The translations under genes and the position numbers were made by a program. A model generated the notes under the pieces. That model made no database searches and was not told the origin of the DNA. It saw only the letters and a list, made by a program, of their open reading frames with translations. A DNA stretch of 64,000 nt from Deferribacterales bacterium (GTDB lineage: Bacteria; Chrysiogenota; Deferribacteres; Deferribacterales; Geovibrionaceae), in assembly GCA_050253075.1 (NCBI GenBank), contig JBFWJS010000003.1, positions 117,458 to 181,457 on the forward strand, in the 5' to 3' direction. Shown piece by piece: positions 9,791-18,155 of this stretch (within the stretch, counting starts at the first letter, position 1; the number at the start of each line of letters is the position of its first letter).

Positions 9791-10828
9791 ATGAAGATAA
9801 AGGTTTTACTATTTCTAACACTTATAATTGTTTCATCAATACTCGTCGCTTGCGGCGGAGCTAACGTAGGGGACGGCAGTTCACCCACCAGAGTGACAAA
9901 GTCCACCGCACCGCAGCTTCTCGAGCCTGATGACCATGCAGGCGGTTACGGATGGGAGAATGACAAATGCTTCCTGTGTCACCCTGTGGTACAGCTTCAG
10001 GACATTCACTCATTCAGCGAGCCCCTCGGCGACAGCTTTGCAAAAGTAGGTGACGACGACATCGGTGCATGCCTCTATTGCCACGGCTCAAACGGGCTGT
10101 CAGGCATCACTGCGGATACATACCAGTGTGTCACATGCCACCAGAACAGCAGCATAGTATCAAAAGCGGGTATGTTCAGCGGACACAACATGCACGACCT
10201 CGACCACGACGGACAGATATCAAACTCTGACTGTGTGATCTGTCACTCTTTCTCCGATATGAACGGCGTCATGGATCTTTCCATAGACCTCACCGCAGGC
10301 GGTACTGCATATAATGATACTAATGACTTCTGCCTCGCATGCCACGACGGAAACGGCGCTTTCGGCGTCACTCCTCCTGCGCTTTCTGTTGAGACAGAGG
10401 TGAACAATATATACGCTACATACATGGGAGTAGGCGACACTGCAGCCGCTCAGAAGCTCACTGCGGACATCCACGGTATAAAGGATGGCAACGGACAGAG
10501 CTTTGCGGATTTCCGCGGACTGTACGCTGCGAATACGACTGTGTCATGCCTTAGCTGTCATCAGGTACACTCATCTGACAACGAGTACCTCATCACCGAA
10601 AGCGGTGAGAGTGCCGACCTTGCAGATGAAGCAGCTCTGAACGCACACGTAAGCGTAATAGACAGTGATTTCTCTGAGCTTTGTGCTCTCTGTCATGCTA
10701 CGGCAGGCGGCGGTGATACCGCTAACGGTCTGACCGAAGTGGTGCACACCAGCACATACTCAAGCAACTGTATCTCATGTCACTATCACGGTGCAGGCTA
10801 CGGAGCTTCCACCGCAGACCTTTTCTAA
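9791..10828 (+). CDS. Octaheme cytochrome c lipoprotein
   Basis: Lipobox LVAC; 8 CxxCH motifs; acidic composition. Confidence 0.9.
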   Translation: MKIKVLLFLTLIIVSSILVACGGANVGDGSSPTRVTKSTAPQLLEPDDHAGGYGWENDKCFLCHPVVQLQDIHSFSEPLGDSFAKVGDDDIGACLYCHGSNGLSGITADTYQCVTCHQNSSIVSKAGMFSGHNMHDLDHDGQISNSDCVICHSFSDMNGVMDLSIDLTAGGTAYNDTNDFCLACHDGNGAFGVTPPALSVETEVNNIYATYMGVGDTAAAQKLTADIHGIKDGNGQSFADFRGLYAANTTVSCLSCHQVHSSDNEYLITESGESADLADEAALNAHVSVIDSDFSELCALCHATAGGGDTANGLTEVVHTSTYSSNCISCHYHGAGYGASTADLF

Positions 10829-10834
10829 GACCAT

Positions 10835-10869
10835 AAAAAAAGGGGAATCCGAAAAGATTCCCCTTTATT
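10835..10869. terminator. Bidirectional intrinsic terminator
   Basis: AAAAAAAGGGGAATC-CGAAAA-GATTCCCCTTTATT between convergent genes. Confidence 0.85.
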
Positions 10870-10888
10870 GTTTCAAAACATATTCAGC

Positions 10889-11356
10889 TTAAAACGATTG
10901 AACGCCTGAAGTGATCTCTTTGATGAGTTCCTGCATCTTCGGCACATAGTGTCCTTCATAGCCTATTGCGTGGATGATGTTGTTATCCTTATCCAGCACG
11001 ATAGTAGTGGGAAGAGCTATTATGTGGAGCTCTTTCAGATAAGCATGGGGATCGGTCACCGTTACGATGCGTCCTTCGGCTTTCTCTGCTGCCTTTTTAT
11101 CAAGAGCAAGGCACGGAGTCTCTATGCCGGCGCACAGCTCCTGAAAAGCCGTGTACTGCTTCTTACTGAGTCTTTTTTCACTGTCGTATACAAAGAGCAG
11201 CCTGCATGCAGATTTGTCTTTCTGCGGAGCATATCCCTTGTCGTAAGTGAACTTGCCCATATCGAGCTTTGAGCCCTTTTCCGCTCCGCGAAGAGGGAAA
11301 GCGTGCAGTGTCACCACCAGCACGCATATTGATAAAAGTACGGATGTAAACTTCAT
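10889..11356 (-). CDS. Exported thioredoxin/TlpA-like fold protein lacking CxxC
   Basis: Signal peptide; IIALPTTIVLDKDNNI cis-Pro motif of the TlpA/Prx fold; the CxxC position reads DSEKRLS. Confidence 0.65.
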   Translation of the reverse strand: MKFTSVLLSICVLVVTLHAFPLRGAEKGSKLDMGKFTYDKGYAPQKDKSACRLLFVYDSEKRLSKKQYTAFQELCAGIETPCLALDKKAAEKAEGRIVTVTDPHAYLKELHIIALPTTIVLDKDNNIIHAIGYEGHYVPKMQELIKEITSGVQSF

Positions 11357-11364
11357 AATTTTAC

Positions 11365-12498
11365 CTATTTGTTATCGACGGGTGCTTCCCTGTCATAGGC
11401 TTTCGGCTTATGGCATCCCACCACACATGAACCGCCGTTCTCTGTCTGTGTGTATTTGATAGGGAGCATCCATCCGCCAGCACCGAAAGGTACTTCGGCT
11501 CTGATATGTAGAGGCTGTGAAGATGCGTGCACTTCATGACAAGACTTACAGCTTCTGCCTTTTTTATCCATAGTTACGTGTCTGTTATGAAGGTTCATGT
11601 CTCCGTTGCGGAAGTTTGTCTCGTCTTTGGATGTCAGCTTCGCTTCGTCGTGACACTCAAAACAGAGAGCATAGAGACCTTCCTGATAGTCGTTATAAAA
11701 GTTTTCTGGGAAATAGTCATAGAGTATCTTCGGATTCGCAGAACCGTGTACGCTGTGACAAGCGGAACATCCGTCCATAGCAACAGGAGCGTGGACGTAT
11801 TCCATATTTTTAACTCTTTCGCCGATGGTGTCATGACACTCATAGCATGTTTCGGATATTTCGTTACCGAGGAACATCTCATAGTCTGAACCGTGCGGGT
11901 TGTGACAGTTGATACAGCTGTCCTGCACAGGTGCGTGCTGATGTTCTGAGTTCACTATTTCCTGAATATCGACGTGACAGCTGAGGCAGAGGTTGTTCAC
12001 CTCGTCCCTGAGTTGATACTGATTGTCTGATGAGTGTGGGCTGTGGCAGTATGCGCACTGTCCCGCAGCAACAGGTCCGTGAACGTATTTTACTTCGGTC
12101 TTGTTTTCGTGGCACATATAGCATGTTTCAGATTCTGTCGCTGTTGCGAGCATGAATTTGTTTTCGCTTCCGTGCGGGTTGTGACAGTCAGTACAGCTGT
12201 CGTCTGCTACAGGCTGGTGCACATTTGACTTATCTTTGAAAGTCTCGTGGCACATATAGCAGAGATTCTCGCCTTCTGATACGGGCGATTCGAAGTTTTT
12301 GTTGTTATCCGGGTCTTCCTGATGATTAACGATGAGGTTATCATCAGCAATATGACAGTCAAGGCAGGAACCTTCTCCCACAGGCGAGTGCATCACAGGC
12401 TGTTCGGATATGTCGGAGTGACAGTCTGAGTAGTTGCATGTGGCAGCAGCGGCTGATAATGATGTCATAAGGATGACAAGAATAAATAAATATCGCAT
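11365..12498 (-). CDS. Periplasmic multiheme cytochrome c (11 CxxCH + CX4CH + CX3CH)
   Basis: GGAG RBS then MRYLFIL signal peptide; repeated H.PV..G.CxxCHxPH...CxxCH units. Confidence 0.92.
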   Translation of the reverse strand: MRYLFILVILMTSLSAAAATCNYSDCHSDISEQPVMHSPVGEGSCLDCHIADDNLIVNHQEDPDNNKNFESPVSEGENLCYMCHETFKDKSNVHQPVADDSCTDCHNPHGSENKFMLATATESETCYMCHENKTEVKYVHGPVAAGQCAYCHSPHSSDNQYQLRDEVNNLCLSCHVDIQEIVNSEHQHAPVQDSCINCHNPHGSDYEMFLGNEISETCYECHDTIGERVKNMEYVHAPVAMDGCSACHSVHGSANPKILYDYFPENFYNDYQEGLYALCFECHDEAKLTSKDETNFRNGDMNLHNRHVTMDKKGRSCKSCHEVHASSQPLHIRAEVPFGAGGWMLPIKYTQTENGGSCVVGCHKPKAYDREAPVDNK

Positions 12499-12589
12499 AT
12501 TTTTCTCCAATAAAATGAATGATGGGCATGATAGCATTAAAAAGTGTCGCAAGCAAGGACTGTAAGCTGTTTGAAGGTTTTTTAGGTAT

Positions 12590-12617
12590 AAAAAAAGGCG
12601 GGCTTTTACACCCGCCT
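12590..12617 (-). terminator. Intrinsic terminator after lysA
   Basis: AGGCGGG/CCCGCCT stem with a T-run on the minus strand. Confidence 0.75.
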
Positions 12618-12624
12618 GTTATAT

Positions 12625-13869
12625 TTAGAACTTGAGAGTTGCGAAAAGGTCGTCGTATGTTTCCGCTCTTCTTATCATCACAGCCGTTTTATCAGCTTTG
12701 AGAAGGAGTTCTGCGGAGCGGAGCTTTCCGTTGTAGTTGAAGCCCATAGCATGACCGTGTGCGCCTGTGTCGTGGATAATGACGATATCGCCGCGCTCTA
12801 TGGCAGGGAGCTTTCTGTCCACTGCGAATTTGTCACAGTTTTCACACAGAGATCCGACCACGTCGTATGTACATGAAGCAGGAGCTGTCTCCTTGCCCAT
12901 TACGGATACGTGGTGGTATGCGCCGTACATGCCCGGTCTCATAAGGTTAGCCATACATGCGTCTACTGCGATGTATTCTTTATAGATGCTCTTGGAGTGG
13001 ATAGCACGTGTCACAAGGTATCCGTAAGGGCCTGTGACCATACGTCCGCACTCAAAGTATATCTGCGGGCTGAGACCTTTTGCACCGAGTATCTCTTCGT
13101 ATTTGGCTTTAATCTTTATGCCGAGCTCTTCGAGGTTTACTTCGTTCTGCTCAGGTTTGTAAGGTATGCCTATACCGCCGCCGAGGTTGATGAAGTCGAA
13201 AGTGATGCCGACCTCCTCAGCGATCTCTGCTGCCATCTCAAAGAGGATGACTGCTGTCTCAACGAAGTAGTCGAGGTTAAGTTCGTTTGATGCCACCATT
13301 GTGTGCATACCGAATTTCTTAACGCCTTTATCCTTCATTATCTTATATGCTTCGAGCATCTGCTCTTTTGTCAGGCCGTATTTAGCGTCCTCAGGCTTTC
13401 CGATGATCTCGTTTCCGCCTTTGAGAGGGCCGGGGTTGTATCTGAAACATATAGTCTCAGGCAGTCCTGCGCATTTCTCGAGGAAGTCTATGTGTGTGAT
13501 ATCGTCGAGGTTGATGATAGCTTTCTGCTCCATAGCCTTCTGGTATTCGACCTCGGGTGTTTCGTTAGAGGTGAACATGATATCGTCCCCCTTCACGCCG
13601 ACCATGTCGCATATGTAAAGCTCAGCCATGGAGCTGCAGTCTGCGCCGAATCCTTCGGCAGCGAGCAGCTTAAGTATCGCAGGGTTAGGGAGAGCCTTCA
13701 CTGCGAAATAGTTTTTGAAATTAGGAGCCCACTCGAATGCTTTTTTGAATCTTTTAGCATTTGCTATGATAGCCTCTTCATCATAAATGTGAAAAGGAGT
13801 GGGGCATTTTTCTATAATCTTTTCAATTTGTTCTTTACTGAACGGAACTTTCTTTTCTGACATAACCAT
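12625..13869 (-). CDS. lysA: Diaminopimelate decarboxylase
   Basis: YFAVKA PLP-lysine, NLGGG, ECGR, GSLCEN and GAHG..MGFNYN motifs. Confidence 0.92.
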   Translation of the reverse strand: MVMSEKKVPFSKEQIEKIIEKCPTPFHIYDEEAIIANAKRFKKAFEWAPNFKNYFAVKALPNPAILKLLAAEGFGADCSSMAELYICDMVGVKGDDIMFTSNETPEVEYQKAMEQKAIINLDDITHIDFLEKCAGLPETICFRYNPGPLKGGNEIIGKPEDAKYGLTKEQMLEAYKIMKDKGVKKFGMHTMVASNELNLDYFVETAVILFEMAAEIAEEVGITFDFINLGGGIGIPYKPEQNEVNLEELGIKIKAKYEEILGAKGLSPQIYFECGRMVTGPYGYLVTRAIHSKSIYKEYIAVDACMANLMRPGMYGAYHHVSVMGKETAPASCTYDVVGSLCENCDKFAVDRKLPAIERGDIVIIHDTGAHGHAMGFNYNGKLRSAELLLKADKTAVMIRRAETYDDLFATLKF

Positions 13870-14033
13870 TACCTGTATTAATTAATATAAAGTTGATATA
13901 ACTAACATATATACAAAAGACTTTCAATAGTTGAAATTGAGTGTTATGGTTATTAACAATTATTCGCATATTCATTATTTACCGTTTGTTTATTTAGTAT
14001 GATTTTTTTTACATATTCTCTGAGGGAAATTAA

Positions 14034-15905
14034 ATGGATGCCTTGTATGTAAATATAATGTGGGTGTTGTTATGCAGCTTTCTGGTGGCTATCATGCAGG
14101 CCGGATTCGCCTGTCTGGAGACCGGATTCGTACGCTCTAAAAACAACGTAAACGTAGCAGTTAAAAATCTCATGGATTTCTGCCTCAGCAGTATCCTTTT
14201 TACCATAATCGGCTTCGGACTCATGTTCGGAGAATCCAAAATCGGCATGATCGGCGAATTTTCTTACATAAAAATATCAGGCATGACCATAGATCAGGTC
14301 ACATTCTATATATTCCAGCTTATGTTTGCGGGCACGGCGGCCACTATCATATCAGGTGCAGTGGCGGAGCGGATGAAGTTCTCAGGATATATCCTCGTAA
14401 CGTGTATAATGGCCGTAGCCATTTATCCCGTGTGCGGTCACTGGATATGGAATTCCACGGGCTGGCTTAACAGATTCGGCTTTATAGATTTCGCAGGCTC
14501 GACAGTGGTGCACAGTGTCGCTGGCTGGTGTTCGCTGGCTGCCGTCATAATCATCGGGCCCAGGCTCGGACGATTCGGCAGGGGCGGGAAGCCCATAGAC
14601 GGACAGAACCTGCCTATCGCAGTGCTCGGTGTATTTCTCTTATGGTTCGGCTTTTTCGGATTCAACGGAGGCAGTACGCTGGAGCTTAACGATCAGGTTC
14701 CGATGATAATAGCAAATACAACACTCGCAGGTGCCGCAGGCGGTGTCTCTGCGATGATATACAGCTGGTATAAGTATCACATGCCGAAGGTGGAGCACAT
14801 CATAAACGGCGTTGTAGCAGGGCTCGTGGCTATATGTGCGGGGTGCCACCTCTTCAATGAGATGGGCGGTTTCCTCACTGGCTTCGGAGCCGGTCTCCTC
14901 TGCGTTTGGTCTATGCTTTTCCTTGAAAAGAGAGAGATAGACGATGTTATCGGTGCAGTACCTGCACACCTTGTTGCGGGCATGTGGGGTACACTTGCCG
15001 TGGCTCTTTTTGCACCGGTCGAGTCTTTCCCCGTTGCGACCAGCAGGTTCGAGCAGTTCGGCATACAGTTTGTCGGTGTTGCTGCTGCGGGTCTTTTCTC
15101 TTTTAATGTGCTTTACTTCGCAATGCGCATCCTTGAGCGCTGGGTTACATTCCGTGTGACACAGGACGACGAGCGCATCGGTCTGAACATCTCCGAGCAC
15201 GGCTCAACCACCAGCCTTTTAGACCTCATCAGCCAGATGGATCTTCAGGCGAAGAGCGGAGATTTCTCCAGCTATGTGGACATAGAGCCCGAAACAGAGG
15301 CAGGGCACATCGCAACATTTTATAACTCTGTACTTGAGAAATTCCATATAGAAGCAGCCCGCAGGCAGAACGCAATGGACGAACTGTATAAACTGGCTAA
15401 CTACGACTCGCTGACCAACCTCGTAAACCGCAGATATTTCTATGATATCACGTCCAAAGCTATCAGCAGGACAAAGCGAAGCGGTAAAAAGGTGGGGCTG
15501 CTCTTCCTCGACCTTGACGGATTCAAAAAAGTGAACGACACACTCGGGCATGAAGCAGGGGATGAACTGCTCATTCAGGTGGCGGAGAGAGGGCTCGGCA
15601 TCATACGTGAGTCGGACGTTTTCGGCAGAATAGGCGGGGACGAATTCTGCATTGTTGTGGAGAACTTCGAGTCTGAAAAAGACCTTTCCCAGCTGGCTAA
15701 AAAGATAATAAAATCACTCTCTGCTACATACACCCTGAGACCTGCAAAGGCAAACATCGGCGTATCAATAGGCATATCGGTATACGACGGTGCATCAGGG
15801 GAAACTATGACCGCAGACGACCTTGTCAAAATGGCGGACAAAGCCATGTATAAGATCAAAACCGGTACCAAAGGCAATTTCAGCTTTTATACACCCGAAG
15901 ATTAA
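14034..15905 (+). CDS. Ammonium transporter (Amt) - GGDEF fusion
   Basis: MQAGF, FQLMFA, DFAGSTVVH, GFNGGS and AVPAH Amt motifs; C-terminal RESD...RIGGDEF. Confidence 0.93.
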   Translation: MDALYVNIMWVLLCSFLVAIMQAGFACLETGFVRSKNNVNVAVKNLMDFCLSSILFTIIGFGLMFGESKIGMIGEFSYIKISGMTIDQVTFYIFQLMFAGTAATIISGAVAERMKFSGYILVTCIMAVAIYPVCGHWIWNSTGWLNRFGFIDFAGSTVVHSVAGWCSLAAVIIIGPRLGRFGRGGKPIDGQNLPIAVLGVFLLWFGFFGFNGGSTLELNDQVPMIIANTTLAGAAGGVSAMIYSWYKYHMPKVEHIINGVVAGLVAICAGCHLFNEMGGFLTGFGAGLLCVWSMLFLEKREIDDVIGAVPAHLVAGMWGTLAVALFAPVESFPVATSRFEQFGIQFVGVAAAGLFSFNVLYFAMRILERWVTFRVTQDDERIGLNISEHGSTTSLLDLISQMDLQAKSGDFSSYVDIEPETEAGHIATFYNSVLEKFHIEAARRQNAMDELYKLANYDSLTNLVNRRYFYDITSKAISRTKRSGKKVGLLFLDLDGFKKVNDTLGHEAGDELLIQVAERGLGIIRESDVFGRIGGDEFCIVVENFESEKDLSQLAKKIIKSLSATYTLRPAKANIGVSIGISVYDGASGETMTADDLVKMADKAMYKIKTGTKGNFSFYTPED

Positions 15906-17014
15906 TCCAGACTCTTTCTAAACATCATAGATGCCGCAGTTATGAAGAACAGGGCATGAATCGTCTGCCATAAAAGCTGAGTGCTTATCTCTGCTGCTCC
16001 TGCACCCTTCAGCACCACGCCTATGATAGCCTCAAACCCCCACCGCATAGGGTCCAGATATGTAAGGTACTGGATGAAAACAGGCATATTATCAATGGGG
16101 AACATGAACCCGCTGAGTAGAGAACAAGGCATCAGTATGAAAAACGATGTCAGAAGTGCCTGCTGTTGCGTGTACGCAGTGGTGCTAATCAACAGGGCTA
16201 GTCCTAAATATGAAAGTATGTTCAGCCCTACAACTAGTCCCAGAAGCCATATACTGCCGACGATAACAACATCGAAAACCATAAAAGCTATGACAAACAT
16301 CATCGTCGTAGTGATATACCCGGTGATGAAGAACGGGAGTGTCTTCCCTAGGATAAACTCGAATCTGCCGATGGGTGTCACCATCACCTGTTCTATCGTG
16401 CCGATCTCTTTCTCACGGACGATGGCGATGCTGGTCAGCAGGATACTCGTTACCATTATCATCATGGTAATCAGTCCGGGGACATAGTATTTACTGCTGT
16501 CGAGGTTCTGGTTATACAGGTTGCGGTTTTCCACGGACAGCTTCCTGCCGTCTGAGCCTGTCAGTGTGAATATATGCTCTGAGTTGAACTCATTCAGTAT
16601 GGTCGAAAAGTAACTTATGATGATGCCTGCGTCGTTGCTCATTGTGCCGTCGGCAATTATCTGCACATCGACATTCTCATGACGCAGGAGGTCGCTTTCG
16701 GTATTCGGTGCAAAGATAACTGCGCCCCGCACCTCGTCCTTGCCTATCATCTCTTTTATCTCGGTCAGGCTGTTTGAATATTTCTCTATGATGAAATAGC
16801 CTGATGACTGCATCCTGTGGATAATCTCGTTTGTGGTGTCGCTTTTATCCATATCCAGTACGGCGATGTCGATATTCTTAACGTCCAGCGTGAGCGCAAA
16901 AGACATGACGAGCATCTGCACCATAGGTATGCCGAGCACCACCATGCGCATCTTCGGGTCACGGAGCATCTGTTTCAGTTCTTTTATCAGCATAGCTTTC
17001 AGTTTTAACAGCAT
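15902..17014 (-). CDS. ABC-2 permease (YbhR-like)
   Basis: IVREKEIGTIEQVMVTP; six TM helices. Confidence 0.88.
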   Translation of the reverse strand: MLLKLKAMLIKELKQMLRDPKMRMVVLGIPMVQMLVMSFALTLDVKNIDIAVLDMDKSDTTNEIIHRMQSSGYFIIEKYSNSLTEIKEMIGKDEVRGAVIFAPNTESDLLRHENVDVQIIADGTMSNDAGIIISYFSTILNEFNSEHIFTLTGSDGRKLSVENRNLYNQNLDSSKYYVPGLITMMIMVTSILLTSIAIVREKEIGTIEQVMVTPIGRFEFILGKTLPFFITGYITTTMMFVIAFMVFDVVIVGSIWLLGLVVGLNILSYLGLALLISTTAYTQQQALLTSFFILMPCSLLSGFMFPIDNMPVFIQYLTYLDPMRWGFEAIIGVVLKGAGAAEISTQLLWQTIHALFFITAASMMFRKSLD

Positions 17015-17015
17015 A

Positions 17016-18155
17016 TCAGTCCAGCCTCAGTTTCAGTTTGCGCACGGAGAGGAGGATCATCAGCGCAGCATAAATGGATAAAAATGCAAAGTTTGCCAGC
17101 ATCATCTCAAGCCCGACACCTTTCAGGTATATGCTTTTCAGCATGGATATAAAGTATCTGGCAGGGAATACGTGAGTAAGCACCTGTATAGGCTTCGGCA
17201 TGTTCGCAATAGTGAAGATGAACCCGCTGAGCACAAGTGTCGGCAGGAAGCCCGATATAAGGGCTATCTGGTTCGCTATCACCTGATTCTTTAATGTGAT
17301 GCTGAGGAGCAGGCCGAAAAACAGCACGCCCGTCAGGAAGACAGACGCCACCAGTATGACCAGTGCGGGGAGCCCCCTCAGAGGTACTTCGAATATTATT
17401 ATACCGAGCACGGTGGAGATTATAACATCCGCCAGCCCTACGATGTACAGCGGGATAGCTTTTCCCAGTGCCAGCTCGAACCTTGTCACGGGTGTGCTTA
17501 TGAGCTGTTCCATCGTGCCCATCTCCCATTCCTTTGCTACTGTCACGCTCGCCAGCATGGATGCGATAACTACCATAACGATGGCTGTGATACCGGGTAC
17601 GAGGTTGTATGTGCTGGTCATCCCCTGGTTATACCATGATCTGCTGACAGGGTTCAGCATGCCGATGCTCTTTGAGTTTGCAGACAGTTTTTGGTTGTAT
17701 ATAGCGCCCAGAGCGTTCACATAGTTCAGTATTATTCGCCCTGTATTAGCGTCACTGCCGTCTATGTAAAGCTGTATCTGAACATCTGTTCCATTATTAA
17801 TGTGTTTGCCGAAGTCTCTGTCTATGACTATCGCAGCCTTTATCTCTCTGCGTTTTATAGCTTCTTCGATATCTTTATCCCTTTGGTAATAGCTGACTAT
17901 GCGGAAATACGGCGACCCGTCCAGAAGAGATGCGAAGTCCTTACTCTCTTTGCTCATTGACTGGTCATACATGCCTATGGACACATTTTTAAGATCCATA
18001 TTCAGAGCATATCCGAAGAGGATAAGCAGCATCACGGGGATAGCAATGGCAAGGAAGAGACTGCGCCAGTCACGGATGATGTGCGTGAATTCTTTCATTA
18101 TGATAGCTGTAAGTCTTCTGAAGCTGAAAACGCTACTCATCTTTGCCGTCCGCAC
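17016..18155 (-). CDS. ABC-2 permease (YbhS-like)
   Basis: VAKEWEMGTMEQLISTP; IDGSDANT. Confidence 0.88.
   Translation of the reverse strand: MRTAKMSSVFSFRRLTAIIMKEFTHIIRDWRSLFLAIAIPVMLLILFGYALNMDLKNVSIGMYDQSMSKESKDFASLLDGSPYFRIVSYYQRDKDIEEAIKRREIKAAIVIDRDFGKHINNGTDVQIQLYIDGSDANTGRIILNYVNALGAIYNQKLSANSKSIGMLNPVSRSWYNQGMTSTYNLVPGITAIVMVVIASMLASVTVAKEWEMGTMEQLISTPVTRFELALGKAIPLYIVGLADVIISTVLGIIIFEVPLRGLPALVILVASVFLTGVLFFGLLLSITLKNQVIANQIALISGFLPTLVLSGFIFTIANMPKPIQVLTHVFPARYFISMLKSIYLKGVGLEMMLANFAFLSIYAALMILLSVRKLKLRLD

Noticed and set aside
9791..10828. OmcZ/OmcS nanowire orthologue
   Set aside because: It is a lipoprotein and I see no convincing similarity beyond heme count; a structure search would be needed.
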